Shown here piece after piece: positions 58,007 to 64,000 of a stretch of 64,000 nt of DNA. The stretch spans positions 32,001 to 96,000 of the forward strand of contig CAWHAE010000018.1 of the NCBI GenBank assembly GCA_963827235.1, in the 5' to 3' direction. Position 1 is the first letter of the stretch; every line of letters begins with the position of its first letter. Source of the stretch: an uncultured bacterium (GTDB taxonomy: Bacteria; Chloroflexota; UBA5177; JANWHV01). Both the position numbers and the translations under genes were made by a program. Under the pieces are notes generated by a model, which searched no databases, was not told where the DNA came from, and was given only the letters and a program-made list of their open reading frames with translations.

Positions 58007-60813
58007 CTAGGAGACGCGCGTCTGGGGCGCGTCTGACGCTTTCACCTGCTGGCGTAGACCGAGCTCCTGGTAAAGCGCGGTCACAGCCGGATCGGCGTCG
58101 GCGTCGAGCTCCTGGCGCATCGATCGGCGATGCTGGAGATAGGTCGCACGCATGCCGCCGGCGTCGCCGAGAGCGGCGTAACGGCGGAGCACGCGCTGGA
58201 CCAGGAGGGCGTCGTCGGCGCAGAAATCTACTTCGCGCTGCAGGCAGGCAAGCGCATCCATCGGTCGTCGCACCCGTTCACAGAGCGAGGCGGCTCTGTC
58301 CAGGGCTTCCACGGCCTCGCGTTCCCAATAGTATCGAAAGGGTCGCGTCCAGTCGGCGCCAATATCGGCCAGGTATCGGCCGGCTGCCCCTGCGATCAGC
58401 TCGCTCACCACGCCGAGGTCACCTCGCTCGAGACGAGCTCGATGCTCGGTCAAGCGTAGCAGGTCGGACGTCACCTCCGGGGCCAGGTCGGCAAGCGCGC
58501 AGCGCACGTGCCGGTCGTGCTCTGCCACTCGCCCCAGTTCGCCGGGCGTGGCACGCAGTATCCTGCGAAGCTCGTAGAGCAGGTTGCGCAGCGCGCGGGC
58601 GGCGGATACCATGTCGGACTCCGGAAACAGATGCGCGCATGCCTCGTCGCGTGAGAAGCCGTCCCTGCCGTGAGCCAGCGCGTACCAGAACAGCTCGCGC
58701 ACTTTGGACTGCTGCCACCATGCGCTGCCCAGCGGACGGCCGTCCGCGAACGCGGCGGCATGGCCGAAGAAGTGCAGATCGAGCCGCACGGCGGCCGGTG
58801 GAGCGCCGATTGCGATCGGGCCGCGAGGCGGCCTGATCAGCGGTCCGAGAATGGTTGTCTCTCGAGGCGTAAGCGGGTACGCGTCGTCCTCGCCCCGCCG
58901 CCTGGCCAGGACCCGTGCCTCGACGTCTCTGCCCTCGCGAGCATACAGGCGCGCCAGATGCGCCTGGGCCTGGGCACGCAGGGAACGGTCCGCACCGCAC
59001 TCATCGACTATCTGCTCGATAGTCGCAACCGGCGAGAACTGCTTGTGGTCGCCGAGAACGGCACGGGCCAAGCGCCCGGCGGGAAGCAGTCCCGCGCGGC
59101 CCGTCGCGGCGACACGGGCCGCCAAGTCGTTGCCGAGCTCGGCCAGCATCAGCGCCTGCGCTGCCTGTACGAGGTCGGACAGTCCATAGGGGTCGGCAAG
59201 CTCGAGCTCGCCTTGGGCAGTGGCCAGCAGATCGCCCGCTGTAGCCTTGTCCGCGAGGGCGAGCAATGCTTCGGCCAGGGTGAGGCGGAGCAACGGCCGC
59301 AGACCGAGAGCGGCGCACCAGGGCGCTGCCAGCGCTCGCCGGCGCATGCCGGCACTTTCCTCGTGCTTGCCGCACTGCTCCAGCAGGATGGCACGGTTGT
59401 TGAGCAGCTCGAGCGACGCCGGCCCCTCAGCCTCGGCATCCTGGTCAGGGTTGGGCTGCTCGAAGAGCCGTGACGCCGCGCACAGATCGCCGCGACGGCG
59501 CTCGGTGACGGCCAGCGTGTGCATGGCCGGCCGTCGCAGCAGCGCGGAAGGTGAGCCATCGACGCCATCTGGTGCGGTTGGCCAGGGCTGCGCGAAGCGC
59601 TACCGCGGCTTGCTCGTTCTCGCCAAGCAGCCCAAGGACGGCGCCAAGTGAAGCCAGCGCGAAGGCGCGCTCTCGCGGGAGGGTCACCGGCTGCTCGCCG
59701 AAGGCGAATCGTTGCAGGAGCCGCGATGCGCGGCGCAGACTGGCGGACCGCCCCAGTGCCGCGCAACACGGGGCCAGCAGCCTGAGCCGCTCCACGCGCT
59801 CGTCGACGGTAGCCGCACGCTGCCCAGCCGGCAGCAGGAACGGCCACGCCGCTCGCGGGCCTCCGTCCAGCAGGCGCCGGTTCGCCACGACCAGGGCGAG
59901 CGGACCGGACAGCCGCACGGTCGCCGGGTTCAGGCCGTCCGCAATCTGCAGGGCAACGGCTTGCCGGCGGTACCACTGCCAGAGTCCCACCCTGCGGGAC
60001 ACGTGCATGGCTCGGGCGCCGCCACCGCTTTCCGCTAGCAGCTGCGCGGCGAAGACCGGCTCTTCGGTAGCCAGGCGCTCGGCCACGCGGGCCTGCAGCG
60101 CCGCCAATCCCGAGGCACCAAGGCTCACGATCACGGCGTCGCGCGCCGCGCCGCTCAGGCGGTACCGTCCGACCTCGAGCCGGTCGAGCAGGATAGTCTC
60201 CTCGCTCAAACGCCGGAGCTGGGCTTCGACGCGGGCCGCCGGACAGCCCATGGCGCTCGCCAGCACGGCCGCGGATGCCGCCGGAAGAACCGCCAGATGT
60301 TGGAACGCACACCGGGCATCGTCCTCCAGCGACGGCAGCACGCCCCGGGCCAGGCCCTCCAGTAGGGCCGGCCGCCCGCCCGGCCGGTATTCGACCGCCC
60401 AGTCTCCACCCTCTTGCGCCACGCAGACACGGAATCGCGCACGCTCGTCTTCGTCAAGCCGGAGCAGATCGGCACCGAAACGCGCCAGTTGTCCCCGATC
60501 CTCCCACCAGGCGCACATGGCCGGCAGCTCTGCCGGCATGGAATCTTCCGCTGACCACGACGGATATGCACGCGGGTAAGTAGGTGAGGAGCCGCTCCAG
60601 GACCACCGGGGCAGTCGGGCTGCCTGTCGACGCTGGTCGAGGCCGCCGTGCGCGACCGGCCGGTGGACGGCGACGCGACAACGAGGGGCGCCACAAGCCG
60701 CCCTGAGCGCATGCGGAGCGAGCAGCAGGTAGCACAGTCACGCGCCTGACCATCCCACCGGCGGGTGGCGACGGTCGCCCGGCACGACGGTATTCAATCT
60801 GAGCAGTCACCAC
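58007..60813 (-). CDS. MalT/SARP-like transcriptional activator with a C-terminal BTAD domain, frameshifted or degenerate
   Basis: C-terminal FFGH...KVRELFWYAL..SRDE...FPE...LRNLLYELRR...YLADI..DW...ELDADADPAVTALY. N-terminal GGRPALLE/LAVLP/YRLS region. Frame changes near 59530 and 60540-60700. Confidence 0.7.
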
Positions 60814-60882
60814 CGCAATGAGGCTTGGCTCCCCTACTGCAGCGGACGAGCACACGGAGCTCGCACGATACGGAGGCCACGC

Positions 60883-62520
60883 ATGAACGTGGCGCTGATT
60901 GGCGCAGAGCTGGAAGAGAACCTTGGTCTGCGCTACATCGCATCGTCGCTCGAGGCCAGGGGCCACCAGGTAGCCATCGTTCCCTTCAACTTCGCACAAG
61001 ACGCCGAACGGGCGGTTCGAGAGACGATCGCGCTCGCCCCGGACATCGCCGGCTTGTCCATGGTCTTTACGTCCCGCGGCCGCGAATTCTGCGATCTGGC
61101 GGCACAGCTTCGCGAGGCAGGATTCCGCGGTCACCTGATCGCCGGTGGACTGTTCGCCTCATTCAACTGCGAGAAGCTGTTGCGCGAGTTTCCTGCCTTC
61201 GACTCGGTCGCACTCGGCGAAGGCGAGGAGCTGATGTGCCTGCTGGCCAATCGCCCGGATCGGCTCGACACGGTGCCGGGTCTCTGCTATCGCGGGTCTG
61301 ACGGCCGGCCGTCGATCAACCCTGCCGTCGGCAATCCGGACAAGCTCGACGAGCTGCCGTGGCCCAAGCGCACCACGTTTCACAGCTACTTCGACAAGCC
61401 GATCGCGAGCGTCCTGACCAGCCGCGGCTGCTGGCGGGATTGCGCGTTCTGCAGCATCAACGCCTGGTCGGATCGCAGCGGCGGCAAGAAGTTCCGCACC
61501 CGCGGCGTCGACAACATCGTGGAGGAAGTGGCCGACCTCTATCACCGGCACGGCGTGCGCATCTACAACTTTCAGGATGACAACTTCTTCCTGCCCAACG
61601 CCGAAAGGGCCGTGGAGCGATTCGCCGCGATTCGCGATGGACTGGCAGACGCCGGCGTCACCGGCATCGCCATGGCCGTCAAGGCGCGGCCGACAGCATA
61701 ACCGAGGAGTCCATACGCATCCTCGACGGGCTCGGCCTGTTCCGCGTCTTTCTTGGCGTGGAAAACGCCTCCGAAAACGGCCTCCGCAACCTGAATCGCA
61801 AGAACACGCTCGCCCAGATATTGAACGCGCTCCGCATCCTGAACGACTTCGGCGTCCACGTGGCCTACAACCTGCTGATGTTCGAGCCGGATACGTCGAT
61901 GGACGATATTCTGGTCAATCTGCGCTTCATGGGGCGCCACGTCGAGAACCCCTTCAACTTCTGCCGTGCCGAGGCCTATCCGGGTACCGGGCTGGAATCC
62001 AAGCTGATGACGGAAGGATGTCTGCTCGGCGATGCCTTCGGCTATGACTACCGTCTGAAAGATCCGCGATCGGAGGCGTTCCACCAGATCGCCAACTATG
62101 CCTTCTTCGACCGCAACTTCAGCGACTTCGGCCTGCACTACTTCAATATGCAGGTCGACTTCTACTTTCAGTTGCTGCGCCGGTTCTATCCCGACACGCT
62201 GAGCGAGACATTGCGCGCCGGCGTGCGAAGCTTCATCAAAGAGACAAACCTGGACACCTACTGGCGGCTCTGCGGGATCTACGACTTCTTGGTGGACTGC
62301 GATCCGGGCGACACCGCCTCCCTGCGCGCCTTCGCCGGCCGCGTGCGCTACCACGTGGACCTCGGCAGCGCCGATCTGCTCACCCGTGGCGAACGCGTGC
62401 TGAACCGGATTGAAGACGCGTACGCCCGCAAGTCGGCCTGGCTTCCGCGGCAGGCCCCAGAGGTCGACCAGCCGGCGACCCCTGCATTTGCCCCACATGG
62501 CGATAGGGGCAGCATCCCGG
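60883..62520 (+). CDS. B12-binding domain radical SAM protein, frameshift near 61692; 3' end unclear
   Basis: GGAGG RBS. ENLGLRYIAS, GEGEE, TSRGCWRDCAFC (CxxxCxxC), FQDDNF, VFLGVENAS and YPGT motifs. Confidence 0.85.
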
Positions 62521-62523
62521 GCG

Positions 62524-62934
62524 TCACCGGTCGCCAAGCGTGGACAGGGCTTGTTCAAGGCGGTCCCGTACCTCGCCGGCCAGACCCGCGATTTCCGGCC
62601 GCGGCATCAGTGCCAGCACGGCCCGAGGGTCCATCGCCTCCACTACCGTGTCCTCGCCGTCCTCATACAGCACGACGTTGCATGGCAGCAGCAGGCCCAC
62701 TTCGAGGTCGACCGTCAGAGCGCGATGCGCGAACGGCGGGTTGCAGGCGCCCAGGATGGTGTAGCGGCGGAAGTCGACTCCCAGCTTCTCCTTCATCGTC
62801 TTCCGCACGTCGATCTCGGTCAGCACGCCGAACCCCTGCTCCTTGAGCGCCGCGCGCGTCTGCTCCATTACCGTCTCGAACGGCATGGCCAGCCGCCGGC
62901 CGAAACCCAGCGTACTCGTGATCTCACTCGCCAT
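62524..62934 (-). CDS. DUF302 domain protein
   Basis: LKEQGFGVLTEIDV, YTILGACNP and GLLLPCNVV motifs. Confidence 0.92.
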   Translation of the reverse strand: MASEITSTLGFGRRLAMPFETVMEQTRAALKEQGFGVLTEIDVRKTMKEKLGVDFRRYTILGACNPPFAHRALTVDLEVGLLLPCNVVLYEDGEDTVVEAMDPRAVLALMPRPEIAGLAGEVRDRLEQALSTLGDR

Positions 62935-63170
62935 GGTCGTTGCCCTCTCCTCCAACCCCGATCTCTACCGTTCGGTCGCGTCGTCGCGGCCGCGCCCTGG
63001 ACTGAGACTGGTTCCCGCTTGTCTGAACCGTAGCCGTTGAGGCGATGCATCGGGTGTTCCGACGTCATCACCTGCTCCTCCGGACCCGGCACCGCGGGCA
63101 ACGCTCGACCGTGCCGGTCGCTCCATGCATATGCCTGAGCGTGCACGACCCGGCAGGCTGTGCCACGCGA

Positions 63171-63518
63171 CTATTGCATCGGCAGTCCAGCCCGGCGCCA
63201 GGCGCTGGTACCGCCCTGCACGTTGCGCACGTCGCTGAACTCCGCCTTCTGCAACAGGGATTGCGCCGAGCGGCTGCGGCCCCCGCTCTGGCATATCACC
63301 AGGACGGTCTTGTCCGGCTTCAGCTCACCCATCCGCTGCTTGAGTTGGCTGAGCGGGATGCTCTTGGCTCCCCGAGCGTGGCCGGAACGGAACTCCGAAG
63401 GCTCTCGCACGTCAATCAGCAGTGCCCCTTCTTGCTGCAGCGTGCGTGCTTGGGTGACGTCGACGCTGGTGGTCGGATCTGAGGTGCCGAGAAGAGCGGA
63501 GAACAGGTCTTTGAACAT
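63171..63518 (-). CDS. Rhodanese-like domain protein
   Basis: LIDVREPSEF..GH, active loop CQSGGRS and GGTSAW motifs. Confidence 0.93.
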   Translation of the reverse strand: MFKDLFSALLGTSDPTTSVDVTQARTLQQEGALLIDVREPSEFRSGHARGAKSIPLSQLKQRMGELKPDKTVLVICQSGGRSRSAQSLLQKAEFSDVRNVQGGTSAWRRAGLPMQ

Positions 63519-63521
63519 GGC

Positions 63522-63980
63522 TCAGACCGCCGCCATCGCTGCGGCCGGCACGGCCACCGCTACCTCGTCCTCGACCAGGCTGAACGACGTGCGAATCGCG
63601 GCCATGCCGCGGATGGTCGCGGCGACGGAGCAGTACTTGTTCAGCGAAAGGTCGATGGCCCGCTCGACCGCCTGGGCATTGAGCCGGCGGCCCCGCACCT
63701 CATAGTGCAGGTGAATGTCGGTAAATGCCCAAGGCGGATCGGCCCGCTGCTCGCCGGTCGCCGAGATGCGCAACCCGCTGAACGCCTGCCGCTTCTTATG
63801 CAGGATGTCGACGGTGTCAACCGCCGTGCAGCCGGCGAGCGCCACGAGCAAGAGCTCGCTCGGCTTGAACCCCTGCCATGCCTCGCGGCCGGCAGGCGCA
63901 TCGAGCACGATGCTGTGCCCGCCGCTGCCGGAGCCGACGAACTGCTGTCCCTGTACCCACGTGATACTGACTTCGCCCAT
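63522..63980 (-). CDS. OsmC/YhfA family protein
   Basis: PSELLLVALAGCTAVD and LSLNKYCSV motifs. Confidence 0.92.
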   Translation of the reverse strand: MGEVSITWVQGQQFVGSGSGGHSIVLDAPAGREAWQGFKPSELLLVALAGCTAVDTVDILHKKRQAFSGLRISATGEQRADPPWAFTDIHLHYEVRGRRLNAQAVERAIDLSLNKYCSVAATIRGMAAIRTSFSLVEDEVAVAVPAAAMAAV

Positions 63981-64000
63981 TGCTTTGAATCTCCTGAATA

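Noticed and set aside
62868-63146. Small ORF with a GGAGGAG RBS between rhodanese and DUF302, considered as a radical SAM precursor peptide
   Set aside because: Overlaps the DUF302 start out of frame, lies in the sulfur-relay operon on the opposite strand to the rSAM gene, and has no precursor-like features.
1-64000. Numerous long antisense or overlapping ORFs; searched for CRISPR arrays, tRNA/rRNA and IS elements
   Set aside because: Shadow ORFs are expected at this GC content. I saw no regularly spaced repeats, RNA gene signatures, transposase or integrase motifs by eye.

Overview
GC-rich (roughly two-thirds G+C by eye) bacterial chromosomal segment. Gene content suggests Chloroflexota or another high-GC Terrabacteria lineage (inference only). 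I saw no rRNA, tRNA, CRISPR array or transposase. In order, the window holds: secreted multidomain proteins (a decayed NHL/FG-GAP/LCCL gene, a four-repeat NPCBM-like protein, an SH3 protein); a Bcr/CflA pump; a LacI-controlled arabinoside ABC locus with GH51 and GH43-like hydrolases; a secreted HExxH metallopeptidase; a GH76-like hydrolase; and a 13-kb catabolic locus (IclR/sugar-binding fusion regulator, ABC transporter, SDR, M24, CaiB CoA-transferase, enoyl-CoA hydratase, two URO-D/MtaA-like proteins). Next come MalY/PatB, a stand-alone hemerythrin, a small secreted-type peptide gene ending GAGTHWF followed by a DUF5317 membrane protein, an MgtE-N/CBS plus Nramp-like pair, a PAS/GAF kinase and a membrane GGDEF-EAL-hemerythrin protein. 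The end holds an ECF/anti-sigma pair, a subtilase with sedolisin-type catalytic residues, a BTAD regulator, a B12 radical SAM enzyme and DUF302/rhodanese/OsmC. The best candidate for an undescribed system is the peptide plus DUF5317 pair, a possible peptide-signalling module. Many genes carry single-base frameshifts (likely partly long-read error), and there are several true deletion remnants. All family assignments are by motif recognition, not database search.
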